A program made the position numbers and the translations under genes. DNA of 64,000 nt from an uncultured Methanomassiliicoccales archaeon. Lineage in GTDB: Archaea; Thermoplasmatota; Thermoplasmata; Methanomassiliicoccales; Methanomethylophilaceae. The stretch spans positions 6,450 to 70,449 of the forward strand of contig CAUFXM010000007.1 in assembly GCA_959597175.1 (NCBI GenBank), in the 5' to 3' direction. Below are positions 36,006-45,751 of the stretch, piece after piece. The number at the start of each line of letters is the position of its first letter. Position 1 is the first letter of the stretch. The notes beneath the pieces are model-generated. The model worked only from the letters and a program-made list of their open reading frames with translations. It ran no database searches and was not told where the DNA came from.

Positions 36006-37264
36006 GGGGAGACCTCGAAAAGGCACTCAGTCGCCCTGCGGCCCTTCACCGTCCTCACGGTGATCTTGACCCGGCCGGTCTCGATGACATCGCCCCTCAT
36101 GGGGGTCCTCCCGAGCCTGTAGAACACGTATCCGGACACGGAGTAGTCGTCGTACTCCCCTGGGTCGAACTCCGCCCCCATGTGCTCCATGGCGTCGAAC
36201 ACGTTGGCGTCGCCCTTGACCATGTACCTGTTGCCGCCGGCGGGGACTATGCTCTGCTGCACCACGTCGCTCTCGTCCCAGATGTCGCCGACAAGCTCCT
36301 CGAGGATGTCCTCGAGCGTGACTATGCCCATGGTCCCACCGTAGGAGTCGAGGACCACCGCCATGTGCACCTTCGACTTCTGGAAGTCGCTGAGGACCGT
36401 GGCTATGCTCATCGTCTCCGGAACGTACTTCACCGGCTTCGCAAGGCTGGAGATGGTGAACTCCCTGCCCTCGAAGAGGCTGGAGTAGAACTCCTTGGCG
36501 TAGACGACCCCGACGATGTCGTCGATGCTGCCCCTGTACACCGGAAGTCTCGAGAATCCAGAGGAGCTGAAGGTTCTGCCGAGCTCCTCCACGGATGCGG
36601 TCTCGTCGATCCCGACCACGTCCACCCTGGGCACGAAAGCCTCTCCGACCGGGGTGTCGTCGAATCTGATCGCGGACTTGATGAGGCGGCTCTCGCTCTC
36701 CTCTATGACTCCGTCGTCCTCGATCTCGTCGATCATGACCTCCAGTTCGTCCTCCGTCATGGTGGGGGCCTCGGGGCCCATCCTCCTGCCGATCGCTCCG
36801 GTGAACTTCGTGAAGAGCCAGGACAGGGGGGAGAACAGCTTCTCCACGTAGTGGATGGCCGTGCACACCCTCATGGCGTACTTCTCCGGATTCCTCTTCG
36901 CCACGGTCTTGGGGGTGATCTCCCCGCAGATCAGGACGACGATCGTCATCACCACCGTGGACAGGAGGGACACCGATGATGATGCCATCGTCACGAATGC
37001 GAGCGCGAATGCTGTCGTCGCCAGCGAGCTAGCCCCTATGTTCACGAGGTTGTTACCGATCAGAATCGTGGTGAGGAACTTGTCGTAGTTCTCCATGATC
37101 GACAGGGTCCTCTCGGCCCTGGCGTCGCCGTCCTTCGCCATCCTCTTGAGGCGGACCTGGTTGGCGCTGGTGAACGCGGTCTCGGACATCGAGAAGAAGG
37201 CGGAGAACACGATCAGGACGGCTATGATCGCGATATATGCGACGACTACCGTGTCCATCGTCAA
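35978..37264 (-). CDS. CNNM/CorC-family protein (DUF21 TM domain + CBS pair + CorC_HlyC)
   Basis: FFSMSETAF..., LIGNNLVN, CBS pair, C-terminal ...GRVKITVRTVKGRR. Confidence 0.85.
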   Translation of the reverse strand: MTMDTVVVAYIAIIAVLIVFSAFFSMSETAFTSANQVRLKRMAKDGDARAERTLSIMENYDKFLTTILIGNNLVNIGASSLATTAFALAFVTMASSSVSLLSTVVMTIVVLICGEITPKTVAKRNPEKYAMRVCTAIHYVEKLFSPLSWLFTKFTGAIGRRMGPEAPTMTEDELEVMIDEIEDDGVIEESESRLIKSAIRFDDTPVGEAFVPRVDVVGIDETASVEELGRTFSSSGFSRLPVYRGSIDDIVGVVYAKEFYSSLFEGREFTISSLAKPVKYVPETMSIATVLSDFQKSKVHMAVVLDSYGGTMGIVTLEDILEELVGDIWDESDVVQQSIVPAGGNRYMVKGDANVFDAMEHMGAEFDPGEYDDYSVSGYVFYRLGRTPMRGDVIETGRVKITVRTVKGRRATECLFEVSPQEEPPECD

Positions 37265-37416
37265 TCGCCTCCCTTCAGACCTTTGTGTCGTGACATTGAA
37301 TCAGCCGCTTTTCCATTGAAGGTCGGCGGATATAACCGTTGCGCTGTCCCTTCCCTTCTTAATAAGGGTAAAATAAGATTTTAAAATGAATCGCCATTCC
37401 ACCGGCCAGGTATCAC

Positions 37417-37638
37417 ATGGTAGAGATCAAATACGACATCGTCGAGAAGATAGCCGTCCTCTCAGAGTCCTCCAAAGGCTGGACGAAGGAGCTCAACCTC
37501 ATCAGCTGGAACGACAGGGACCCCAAGTACGACATCAGGGAGTGGTCCCCCGACCATGCCAAGATGGGCAAGGGTATAACCCTGTCCGAGGAGGAGGTCG
37601 CAGTCCTCAAGAAGGCTCTGGAGACCAGGGAAGTCTGA
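37417..37638 (+). CDS. PC4/YdbC-family ssDNA-binding-like protein
   Basis: 73 aa; KGWTKELNLISWNDRDPKYDIREWSPDHAKMGKGITL matches YdbC family as I recall it. Confidence 0.65.
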   Translation: MVEIKYDIVEKIAVLSESSKGWTKELNLISWNDRDPKYDIREWSPDHAKMGKGITLSEEEVAVLKKALETREV

Positions 37639-37648
37639 GCGCGGTCCC

Positions 37649-38554
37649 ATGACTGTGGACAAGGCCGAGTACCTGGGCCGCTTCCTCGAGGCGGCGGACC
37701 GTGTCATGTCCGGCCGTCCCGGCTCGATATCGGAGGACAGGTGGCTGGTCAACTACTACGATCCGGAGAAGCTCCCCCTCGTCAGCGGCTACCTCTCCTG
37801 CGATGACGAGCGCGTCAGGGTCGAGACAGTTCTGCTCCTCGCCGATGTCAGGGAGAGGGCCGTCCTGGACAAGGTCCGGGAGATGAGCCGCCGCGACTCC
37901 GAGAAGGTCAGGATGGCATGCATGGGCTACCTGAGTGCCATCGAGGCCGACGACAACCTGATCCCGCAGCTCTTCGACGTCATGGACCACTCGTCCGGGG
38001 CCGAGTTCCTCAAGGCCGCGGCGAGGATGGGTTCGATAGCCAGGGAGGAGGACGTCCCCCACCTCAGGCGCATATACGGCCAGGTCGGGGGCGAGATGAG
38101 GTCCGCCGTCAGGGTGGCCCTGGACAGGACCGTCGCGAGGCACCCTTCGCTGCAGCCGAAGAGGGACCTCATCCTCTCGGTCCCGGTCTACCCGGACGAG
38201 TCGGCCTTCGAGAGGTTCCTGGACTCCGCCTTCGATTATCTGGACGTCAGGTACAGGGAAAACGTATTCCCGAAGGACTCCATCAGCCTCGGGACGTACA
38301 ACAACGTCGCACGCGCGCTGAAGAAGATGCGCACCCGCCTCTACAACGAGGCGGACAACCTAGAGTATTACGGCCCGGACAAGACCGACCGCGCCAGGGA
38401 TCTGACGTCGCTGATCTCCTGGGCGGGGGAGGACCTGTCGGGGAAGGAGGTCACGGGGGCCGAGAGGAGCCGCTCCCACGTGTGCCCCAAATGTGGCGAG
38501 ATGATGATCTGCTACAAGGGCATGTGGATATGTCCGGACTGCGGTACTCTCTGA
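37649..38554 (+). CDS. hypothetical protein, helical-repeat N-region + C-terminal zinc ribbon
   Basis: CPKCGEMMICYKGMWICPDCG at C-terminus. Confidence 0.5.
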   Translation: MTVDKAEYLGRFLEAADRVMSGRPGSISEDRWLVNYYDPEKLPLVSGYLSCDDERVRVETVLLLADVRERAVLDKVREMSRRDSEKVRMACMGYLSAIEADDNLIPQLFDVMDHSSGAEFLKAAARMGSIAREEDVPHLRRIYGQVGGEMRSAVRVALDRTVARHPSLQPKRDLILSVPVYPDESAFERFLDSAFDYLDVRYRENVFPKDSISLGTYNNVARALKKMRTRLYNEADNLEYYGPDKTDRARDLTSLISWAGEDLSGKEVTGAERSRSHVCPKCGEMMICYKGMWICPDCGTL

Positions 38555-38703
38555 CTCTGGTCCAGTACGTATTTCGGATTTCGTCTCTGCAATCTCGAAA
38601 GTCCATTATATCGGTTCGACCTTGCACCTTCAGAGGCGTTCGGGTAACCTCCGGCCCGGTCGGGCAGGGAGCATTATTTTGGATACCTTTGACCACAGGA
38701 GCG

Positions 38704-38904
38704 ATGGAAATGGCATACGGAGGTTACGGAAGCGGGAACAGGGGATACAGGGGCGACAGGGACAAGCCCAGGGAGTTCTTCAAAGCCACCTGTTCCGACT
38801 GCGGGGCCGAATGCGAGGTCCCCTTCAAGCCCACCCAGGGCAGGCCCGTTTACTGCAGGGACTGCTTCAGGAAGCACCAGCCCGCTGACAAGAGCAGGTT
38901 CTGA
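38704..38904 (+). CDS. CxxC-x17-CxxC zinc-ribbon protein with RGG-like N-terminus
   Basis: ATG 38704; CSDCGAECEVPFKPTQGRPVYCRDC; sits inside a long spurious ORF (37918..38904). Confidence 0.7.
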   Translation: MEMAYGGYGSGNRGYRGDRDKPREFFKATCSDCGAECEVPFKPTQGRPVYCRDCFRKHQPADKSRF

Positions 38905-38961
38905 AACCAAAAGGCCCCCAGGGGGCCTCAAAAACATCAAACACCTTTTGTTGGTGTCACG

Positions 38962-39186
38962 TCAAGGCTCCTTAGGGCGCTGGTGCCGTACTCTGTGGTT
39001 GTAGTCGTATTCCATGAACATGCGGGTGATCGAGAAGCATATCACCACCACGCACATCCCGGCGATCAGCAACACGACGCCGGCGGCGGTCAGGCCCATC
39101 GCCCACAGTCCGAGGCCGAAGCACATGACCATCGCGCCGAGGAAGAACGTGACACGGGTGAGGCGCCTGAAGCGGGCGACCTCCAT
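38962..39186 (-). CDS. small 2-TM membrane protein
   Basis: MEVARFRRLTRVTFFLGAMVMCFGLGLWAMGLTAAGVVLLIAGMCVVVICF; start overlaps stop of upstream PNPOx-like gene (TGATG). Confidence 0.45.
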   Translation of the reverse strand: MEVARFRRLTRVTFFLGAMVMCFGLGLWAMGLTAAGVVLLIAGMCVVVICFSITRMFMEYDYNHRVRHQRPKEP

Positions 39187-39584
39187 CAGATCACTCTTTC
39201 CCCGGAGGTCCCGGTGGCGCTCTCGTCCCAGACCTCGAGGGCCTCGAACTGCCAAACCGCGACGCAGGTCATGTTCATGCGCTCCAGAAGGGCGCTCATC
39301 TTTTCGAACTCGGGCCCATCGGTCTGTCTGGAGCGTGCAACCGCCTTGATGGAGTAACCATCCTTCCCCCTCCAGACGATGAACTCGGCCCTGGGGTCCT
39401 TGGACAGGTACTCGCTGGCGCGGTGCATGAAGACCTCGCCCACAACTATGGTGTCGGGTTCCGAGACCGTCAGACTACCGCACACTATCATGTGGGGCTG
39501 ACCATCGGGGGACACGGTTGCGAGCACCTTGTTAGTCCCCGGATGTCTGATCATCCGGATCACGGGTTCGGTCAGGACGACCAT
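39186..39584 (-). CDS. pyridoxamine 5'-phosphate oxidase-family (FMN-binding split-barrel) protein
   Basis: ATG 39584 (MVVLTEPVIRMI); 132 aa; overall family resemblance. Confidence 0.55.
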   Translation of the reverse strand: MVVLTEPVIRMIRHPGTNKVLATVSPDGQPHMIVCGSLTVSEPDTIVVGEVFMHRASEYLSKDPRAEFIVWRGKDGYSIKAVARSRQTDGPEFEKMSALLERMNMTCVAVWQFEALEVWDESATGTSGERVI

Positions 39585-39589
39585 GCGTA

Positions 39590-39688
39590 TCACTCTTCGA
39601 CTTTCTTGAGGTTGGCGATGCCGAGGATGATGAGATATATGGCGCCGGCTGCCACGAAGTACCAGTAGCCATCGACGAATTCGAGCAT
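39590..39688 (-). CDS. possible 32-aa single-TM peptide (below ORF-track cutoff)
   Basis: MLEFVDGYWYFVAAGAIYLIILGIANLKKVEE; GC3-rich codons like neighbours; stop 5 nt before the PNPOx-like start. Confidence 0.3.
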   Translation of the reverse strand: MLEFVDGYWYFVAAGAIYLIILGIANLKKVEE

Positions 39689-39712
39689 GAGCCCTAATCC
39701 GAGTCAACGATA

Positions 39713-40099
39713 TTAAGCTTCTGTGGAGTCGGGCTTGACGCAGGGGCACACGGGACGCAGGTGCTGCACCACCAGTTCCAGCCTGCCGTTCTTGAAGTAC
39801 GGGACCGCAGAGCAGTCGCACTTGATGCCGGTGCCGGGGATGATCCTGCGCTTGATGCTGTTGGACGGGCTGCCGATGTTCGTCACGTTGGCCACGCAGT
39901 CGGAGCAGGAGACGGTGTTCCCGAACAGCTCGTAGCACTTCGTCCCGATGACCTCGTCGACGGTCTTACCGAAGGCCTTCTCCCCGGCCCTGTTCATCCA
40001 TATGATCGTATGGGCGGAGTCATGGATGATGATTATGTCGTCTATCACATCCAGAATCATGTTCATGAGCTTCTCAGTGTAGATTTCCGACTGTTCCAT
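39713..40099 (-). CDS. PAS-domain protein, Cys-rich
   Basis: ILDVIDDIIIIHDSAHTIIWMNRAGEKAFGKTVDEVIGTKCYELF PAS core; 128 aa. Confidence 0.7.
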   Translation of the reverse strand: MEQSEIYTEKLMNMILDVIDDIIIIHDSAHTIIWMNRAGEKAFGKTVDEVIGTKCYELFGNTVSCSDCVANVTNIGSPSNSIKRRIIPGTGIKCDCSAVPYFKNGRLELVVQHLRPVCPCVKPDSTEA

Positions 40100-40318
40100 A
40101 CTATGGAATCCGGTTGCATCTCTTTAAATGATTCACAGTACTGGCCGGTCAGTTAAGGGCCATTTACCGGACTCCTGCCATAACGACGTTTTCAAGCAGT
40201 GTGTCTACGGATTTCGTAGGCAATCGAGCGGTTTCCTGAGTTTTTGTGATTGAAAAAGCCAGCAATCGCAACCCCCATCTGTAATTGTTTTATATTGCAA
40301 TGTGTTTGCGAGGCTCCA

Positions 40319-41254
40319 ATGTGCTACGACGTGGTGATTATAGGGGCCGGATGCGCCGGACTCACCGCAGGGATCTACGCGAGGTCGAAGATGATGAAGA
40401 CGCTCATCCTCGACGCGGGACGTGTCGGCGGACAGCTCGTGTCCCTGTACCCGGAGAAGGGTATCCACAACTACCCCGGGTTCGAGACGATCCAGGCGAG
40501 GAAGCTCTCCGACAAGCTCTACGCTCACGCGGAGTCGGTGGAATGCGACATCAGGGAGAACGAGAAGGTCCTGACCATCGACAACGGGGACGAGAAGCTC
40601 ATAGTCACCACAACGAAGGGCACGTACGAGGCCAAGTCGGTAATCATCGCCATCGGCATGGGCAGTTTCAAGCCCAAGAAGATGGGATGCCCCGGCGAGG
40701 ACGAGTTCTTCGGCAAAGGGGTCACCTACATACTCCCCGCGAAGGAGGAGCTCGTGGGGAAGAAGGTCACGATGTTCGGGGGCGGTAACAGCGCCATCGA
40801 CATGGCCCTCATCGCGGACACCGTCACGGAGACGACCCTCGTCCACAGGAGACCCGACTTCAGGGCGGACGAGTCCACGGTCCAGAGCCTCAAGGACAGC
40901 AACATCCGCACCATCATGAGCGCGAACCTCGTGTCGATCAACGGGACCGACAAGGTTGAGTCCGTGACCCTGTCCCAGGACGGGAAGGAGTTCGACGTCC
41001 CGACCGATCTCGCTGTCATCAACATAGGGATATCCGCGGACCTCGACGATCTCAAGAAATGGGGGGTCGAGCTCACGGAGGGCGGACTCGTGAAGGTCGA
41101 CTTCGACATGAGCACGAGCCGTCCCGGGGTATTCGCCTGCGGGGATGTCGTCGACTACGAGGGTAAGCACAAGCAGATCACCACGGCCATGGGCGAGGCC
41201 ACGACCGCGGTTCTGATGGCGTACAAGTTCGTTAAGAAGCCCTACTGGGCCTGA
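40319..41254 (+). CDS. thioredoxin-reductase-like ferredoxin--NADP+ reductase (no CxxC redox pair)
   Basis: ATG 40319; VVIIGAGCAGLTAG and GGGNSAIDMA dinucleotide motifs; GKGVTYILP replaces the TrxR CATCDG. Confidence 0.65.
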   Translation: MCYDVVIIGAGCAGLTAGIYARSKMMKTLILDAGRVGGQLVSLYPEKGIHNYPGFETIQARKLSDKLYAHAESVECDIRENEKVLTIDNGDEKLIVTTTKGTYEAKSVIIAIGMGSFKPKKMGCPGEDEFFGKGVTYILPAKEELVGKKVTMFGGGNSAIDMALIADTVTETTLVHRRPDFRADESTVQSLKDSNIRTIMSANLVSINGTDKVESVTLSQDGKEFDVPTDLAVINIGISADLDDLKKWGVELTEGGLVKVDFDMSTSRPGVFACGDVVDYEGKHKQITTAMGEATTAVLMAYKFVKKPYWA

Positions 41255-41266
41255 TTCCGGCTTCGT

Positions 41267-41431
41267 TCAGTCGGACAGCGCCCCGGAGGGGCACTCGTCT
41301 ATGCAGAGGCCGCACTCCACGCACACGGACTCGTCGATCGTGCACACATCGACGATCGTGATGGCGTCCTGGGGGCACACGTCGGCGCAGTTGCCGCAGG
41401 CGACGCATAGTCCAGCATCCAGTTTCGGCAT
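41267..41431 (-). CDS. 54-aa 2x[4Fe-4S] ferredoxin (below ORF-track cutoff)
   Basis: MPKLDAGLCVACGNCADVCPQDAITIVDVCTIDESVCVECGLCIDECPSGALSD; two CxxCxxCxxxCP motifs. Confidence 0.8.
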   Translation of the reverse strand: MPKLDAGLCVACGNCADVCPQDAITIVDVCTIDESVCVECGLCIDECPSGALSD

Positions 41432-41524
41432 TGTTGATCACCTTGCGCTACCATGGGCTCGGGACGCATTTAACCGTTTCCGAGGAAGCGCAGGATTATC
41501 CGCAGGGTCTGGCATACCGCGGTC

Positions 41525-42583
41525 ATGATCTCAGAGGTTCCATCCGGCACCCTCGTCGTGGAGGGCCGCGTCAACGGCCGCAGGGGCATGGTGCCAGGAT
41601 ATGCGGTGTTGGAGGACGGGGAGGTGGCCGAGGTCGGCCGCGGCGAGTGCCCATTCCCCGCGGACCGCAGGGGGGTAGTGCTCACCGACGTCGTGAACTG
41701 CCACACCCACTGCGCCGATTACGGGCTGTCCGTGCCGCCCGGCCTGTCCCTCGAGGAGCTGGTCGCTCCTCCCGACGGGCTCAAGCACAGGTACCTGAGG
41801 GGAACCTCCCAGGACGAGATCTCACGCTCCATGGAACGTTTCGCCGAGGATTCCCGGGGTACGGGGACCGCAGCCTTCATAGACTTCAGGGAGGGAGGGG
41901 AGCCCGGATGCAGGATGCTGAGGCGCAGCTGCCCGGGGGCGGTGGTGCTGGGCCGTCCCGTTTCGCCGGAGTTCGACGAGTCAGAGGTCGAGGGCATCCT
42001 GTCCGTCGCGGACGGCATCGGCATACCCAGCGAGTCTGACATGGACCACCGCTACATAGAGCGGGTGGCGGACATGGTCCGGGAGAGGCGGAAGGTCTTC
42101 GCGATCCATGCCAGCGAGCGCGTGAGGGAGGACATCGACTTCGTGCTGTCCCTTGATCCGGCGTTCGTCGTCCACATGTGCGAGGCCACAGACTCGGACC
42201 TGCTCAAGTGCGCCGAGGCAGAGGTCCCGGTGGTGGTCTGCCCCTCCTCGAACAGGTATTTCGGCAAGGTCCCGCCGATAGCCAGGGCCCAGGCGTGCGG
42301 CGTCGATCTCGGCATCGGCACAGACAACGGCATGCTCTGCCGTCCGGACATGGTGTCGGAGGCGGCTGAGTTCGTGAGGGTCGCCGAGGCCCAGGGAGGG
42401 GACCCAGACGGGGTGTGGCAGGCGCTCACCCGGCTGTCGGGGAACATATTATATCCAGACGGGTCGATTCCCCAGCATAGAGGTCCGGGTCGTCTCGCAG
42501 TTCTGCTAACGGATTCATATGATGCCGTTTCGGCGTTCCGCCAGGACACGCCCGTGATGCTCCCAAAACTGAGAAGAGGTTGA
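41525..42583 (+). CDS. amidohydrolase-family protein (chlorohydrolase/deaminase-like)
   Basis: VNCHTHCAD metal-binding motif, later HASE and GTDN motifs. Confidence 0.65.
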   Translation: MISEVPSGTLVVEGRVNGRRGMVPGYAVLEDGEVAEVGRGECPFPADRRGVVLTDVVNCHTHCADYGLSVPPGLSLEELVAPPDGLKHRYLRGTSQDEISRSMERFAEDSRGTGTAAFIDFREGGEPGCRMLRRSCPGAVVLGRPVSPEFDESEVEGILSVADGIGIPSESDMDHRYIERVADMVRERRKVFAIHASERVREDIDFVLSLDPAFVVHMCEATDSDLLKCAEAEVPVVVCPSSNRYFGKVPPIARAQACGVDLGIGTDNGMLCRPDMVSEAAEFVRVAEAQGGDPDGVWQALTRLSGNILYPDGSIPQHRGPGRLAVLLTDSYDAVSAFRQDTPVMLPKLRRG

Positions 42584-42587
42584 TAAC

Positions 42588-43028
42588 ATGAGTTTCCAGA
42601 ACATTCTCGTACCCACAGATGGCAGCGAATACACCAAGGCCGCCATCAGGAAGGCCATGGAGCTTGCCAAGCTCGTAGGTGGGAAGATCACGGCCCTCTA
42701 CGTCCTCGACCAGACGATCCTGACCAACATGCCGATGGACACCGCGGTCATGAACGTCTACAACACCCTCGAGAAGGAGGGGAAGGACGCCGTCGACTTC
42801 GTCCGCGACCTGGGTGCCCAGGAGGGTGTCGAGGTCGAGATCTCCGTGAAGGAGGGTACACCCGTCAAGGTCATCCTGGATGAGTCCGCCAAGTACGACA
42901 TCATCGTGATGGGCACCCTCGGCAGGACCGGAATGTCCAAGCTCCTGATGGGAAGCGTCGCCGAGAGGGTCGTCAGGGCTGCGCAGTGCCCCGTCCTGGT
43001 CGTCAGGGCCACAGAGGCTGTGAACTAA
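42588..43028 (+). CDS. universal stress protein (UspA family)
   Basis: ILVPTDGSEYT..., DIIVMGTLGRTGMSKLLMGSVAERVV...CPVLVV. Confidence 0.9.
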   Translation: MSFQNILVPTDGSEYTKAAIRKAMELAKLVGGKITALYVLDQTILTNMPMDTAVMNVYNTLEKEGKDAVDFVRDLGAQEGVEVEISVKEGTPVKVILDESAKYDIIVMGTLGRTGMSKLLMGSVAERVVRAAQCPVLVVRATEAVN

Positions 43029-43883
43029 ATGAGCGGCAAGATCGTAGCTGACATCATGACCGCGGCCCCCATCGTGGTCGAGGTGCCCGGTAGTCGCAGC
43101 GACGCCATCAACATCATGGTCAGGAACAACCTGACCGGTCTGCCGGTCATCCGCTCGTCGGACGGCAAGCTCATGGGCGTCGTCTCCAGGAGGGACGTTT
43201 TCAGGAAGGTGGACGAGGACCAGCTATCGCTCATCATGAACAAGGGATGCATCACCGTCACTCCCGACACCCCCGTGGAGGAGGCGGCGGCGATCTTCAG
43301 CTCGAAGAGGATCCACAGGCTGCCCGTGGTCGAGGACGGCAAGCTGGTGGGCATCGTCACGCCCACCGACATGCTCCGCATCGTGAAGGAGATGAAGACC
43401 AGTCTCCTTGCGGAGGACGTGATACGCACTACCTGCGTTACAGCCTACGAGAACGAGCCCCTGTCGTACACCGTGCCCGCGATGAGGGTGAGCGACGTCG
43501 CCGCCCTCCCGGTCCTGGACGCACACGGGAAGCTCGTCGGGATCCTAACAGACAGGGACCTGTTCAGCGATCAGGTCAAGAACCTGGAGGACCTGAAGGC
43601 CCTGGGCATAGCCGATGTCGGCAACATGGCGGGGGCCAGGAACGTCCTGCCCCTGTTCTACGCGGCTACGGACAAGTACCTGTCGGATGACAGGACCGTC
43701 AGCGACTTCATGGTCAGGGACCCGTACACGGTGTTCAAGAAGACCAACATCGCGGAGGTCGCCAAGATCATGCTCACCCACGACTTCGGTCAGATACCGG
43801 TCCATGGCAACAAGGACGAGCTCGTGGGCATGATTTATGATGTAGACGTGCTATGCGCCCTCTCAGGTAATATCAATGAGTGA
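43029..43883 (+). CDS. CBS-domain protein (four CBS motifs)
   Basis: Repeated ...GLPV/ LPVV/ LPVL/ IPV... CBS pattern. Confidence 0.8.
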   Translation: MSGKIVADIMTAAPIVVEVPGSRSDAINIMVRNNLTGLPVIRSSDGKLMGVVSRRDVFRKVDEDQLSLIMNKGCITVTPDTPVEEAAAIFSSKRIHRLPVVEDGKLVGIVTPTDMLRIVKEMKTSLLAEDVIRTTCVTAYENEPLSYTVPAMRVSDVAALPVLDAHGKLVGILTDRDLFSDQVKNLEDLKALGIADVGNMAGARNVLPLFYAATDKYLSDDRTVSDFMVRDPYTVFKKTNIAEVAKIMLTHDFGQIPVHGNKDELVGMIYDVDVLCALSGNINE

Positions 43884-45588
43884 CACAAACGCGAACGACC
43901 TGATGTCCCTCTGCAAACGCAGAGGGTTCATCTGGCCCTCCTTCGAGATCTACGGCGGCGTGGCCGGCATGTACGACTACGGCCCCCTCGGATGCTCCCT
44001 CAGGAACAACATCGTAGATGTGTGGAGGTCCATCTACAAGGGCCGCGAGGGGTTCGTCGAGATCGATTCCGAGACCGTCAACCCCAGGGAGGTCTTCAAG
44101 GCGTCCGGACACGTGGACGAGTTCGCGGACCTCATCACATACTGCAAGCAGTGCCAGGCCCCGTTCAGGGCGGACCACCTCGTCAAGGAGTTCTACGAGA
44201 ACCCGGACGTCCTGACGGCAAAGGACCTGGAGGATGCCTTCGTCGAGCACGGCATCCGCTGCCCGGAGTGCGGCGGCGAGCTCGGTCCGGTGGAGGAGTT
44301 CAACCTGATGTTCAAGACCCAGATCGGTCCCGGGTCGGCGCGCGTGGGGTACCTCAGGCCTGAGACGGCGCAGGGGATCTTCGTCAACTTCCCCAACCTG
44401 TACAGGTACAACAGGGAGAAGATGCCCCTGGGGGTCATCCAGACCGGCAGGAGCTACAGGAACGAGATCGCGCCCAGGCAGGGCATGATCAGGATGAGGG
44501 AGTTCAACCAGATGGAGGTGGAGCTCTTCGTCGATCCCGAGGACAAGGACTGGCCCAGGTTCCACGAGGTGGAGAACGAGACCCTGGACCTGATACCCAA
44601 CACCACCGGCGAGATGGTCACCATGACCGTCGGGGAGGCCGTGGAGAAGGGGGTCATCGCCAACCGCGTCCTCGCCTACTTCGTGTACACCACAAAGCAG
44701 CTGCTGACCCGTGTGGGCATAGATCCCGCCAGGCTCAGGTTCAGGGAGCATCTCCAGGACGAGATGGCCCACTACGCCGCCGACTGCTGGGACGCCGAGG
44801 TCCTCCTGTCCTACGGATGGACGGAGATCGTCGGAATCGCCGACAGGGGATGCTGGGACCTGTCCAGGCACGCCGAGTTCTCCGGAAGCGACCTCACCCA
44901 CTTCAAGAGGTTCGACGAGCCCAGGGAGATGGAGGTCGAGAAGATCCGCGCCAAGCACAAGAACCTGGGCCCCGCGTTCAAGGCGAAGGCCAAGGCGGTC
45001 GCCTCCGCGATGGAGTCCATGGACCCCTCCGCGGTCAAGGACGGCAAGCTCACGGTCAACGTCGACGGCGAGGACATCGAGCTGACCGACGACTACTTCG
45101 AGGTGGCCACGGTCAGGGAGAAGGTCGCAGGGGAGCGCGTCATCCCGCACGTCATCGAGCCCTCCCACGGACTGGACAGGATATTCTACTCGGTACTCGA
45201 GCACGCCTACTCGCACGACGAGAAGGAGGACTACACGGTCCTGAGGCTGGCCCCCGCAGTGGCCCCCATCAAGGTCGGCGTGTTCCCCCTGATGGAGAAG
45301 GACGGTCTCGACCAGGTCGCCCGCGACATCTACGAGAGGGTCCACTCGCACAGGGTGGAGGCCTACTATGACGGCTCCGGCACCATAGGGAAGAGGTATG
45401 CCAGGATGGACGAGGTTGGCACGCCGTGGTGCATCACGGTGGACTACGACTCCCTCCCGGGCGGATCCGCCGAGGGCACGGTCACCATCCGCGACAGGGA
45501 TTCCACGGAGCAGAGGCGCATCCCCATCGACAGCGTACCGGAGATCGTCGATGCGCTGCTCGCCGGAAAGCCGTTCGCGGAGCTCTGA
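43876..45588 (+). CDS. glyS: glycine--tRNA ligase (archaeal/eukaryotic alpha2 type)
   Basis: FEIYGGVAGMYDYGPLG, RPETAQG, YRNEIAPR motifs; 570 aa. Confidence 0.95.
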   Translation: MSDTNANDLMSLCKRRGFIWPSFEIYGGVAGMYDYGPLGCSLRNNIVDVWRSIYKGREGFVEIDSETVNPREVFKASGHVDEFADLITYCKQCQAPFRADHLVKEFYENPDVLTAKDLEDAFVEHGIRCPECGGELGPVEEFNLMFKTQIGPGSARVGYLRPETAQGIFVNFPNLYRYNREKMPLGVIQTGRSYRNEIAPRQGMIRMREFNQMEVELFVDPEDKDWPRFHEVENETLDLIPNTTGEMVTMTVGEAVEKGVIANRVLAYFVYTTKQLLTRVGIDPARLRFREHLQDEMAHYAADCWDAEVLLSYGWTEIVGIADRGCWDLSRHAEFSGSDLTHFKRFDEPREMEVEKIRAKHKNLGPAFKAKAKAVASAMESMDPSAVKDGKLTVNVDGEDIELTDDYFEVATVREKVAGERVIPHVIEPSHGLDRIFYSVLEHAYSHDEKEDYTVLRLAPAVAPIKVGVFPLMEKDGLDQVARDIYERVHSHRVEAYYDGSGTIGKRYARMDEVGTPWCITVDYDSLPGGSAEGTVTIRDRDSTEQRRIPIDSVPEIVDALLAGKPFAEL

Positions 45589-45751
45589 AACTATATAAAT
45601 CCTTGCTGGGTCCGTGCATCTTTCTTCGACGGGCCCAGCTCAATCCATTTCTGAAGTCCGATTTCCGTACGCATGTCTACGATTATCGTACGCCAGTCCC
45701 GTCGAACGACGAAGCATTATATCGTGACTGGGCGATGTTGATTCCACAGAG

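Noticed and set aside
43873-45351. 492-aa minus-strand ORF covering the glyS locus. Similar long antisense ORFs lie at 656..1543, 1843..2919, 8260..9180, 10347..11504, 17237..18349, 21311..22159, 45776..47242, 49318..50484, 55185..56324 and 61463..62557.
   Set aside because: They are antisense to genes with clear family motifs. Their translations are R/G/P/H/D-rich with low complexity, as expected for stop-poor alternative frames in high-GC DNA.
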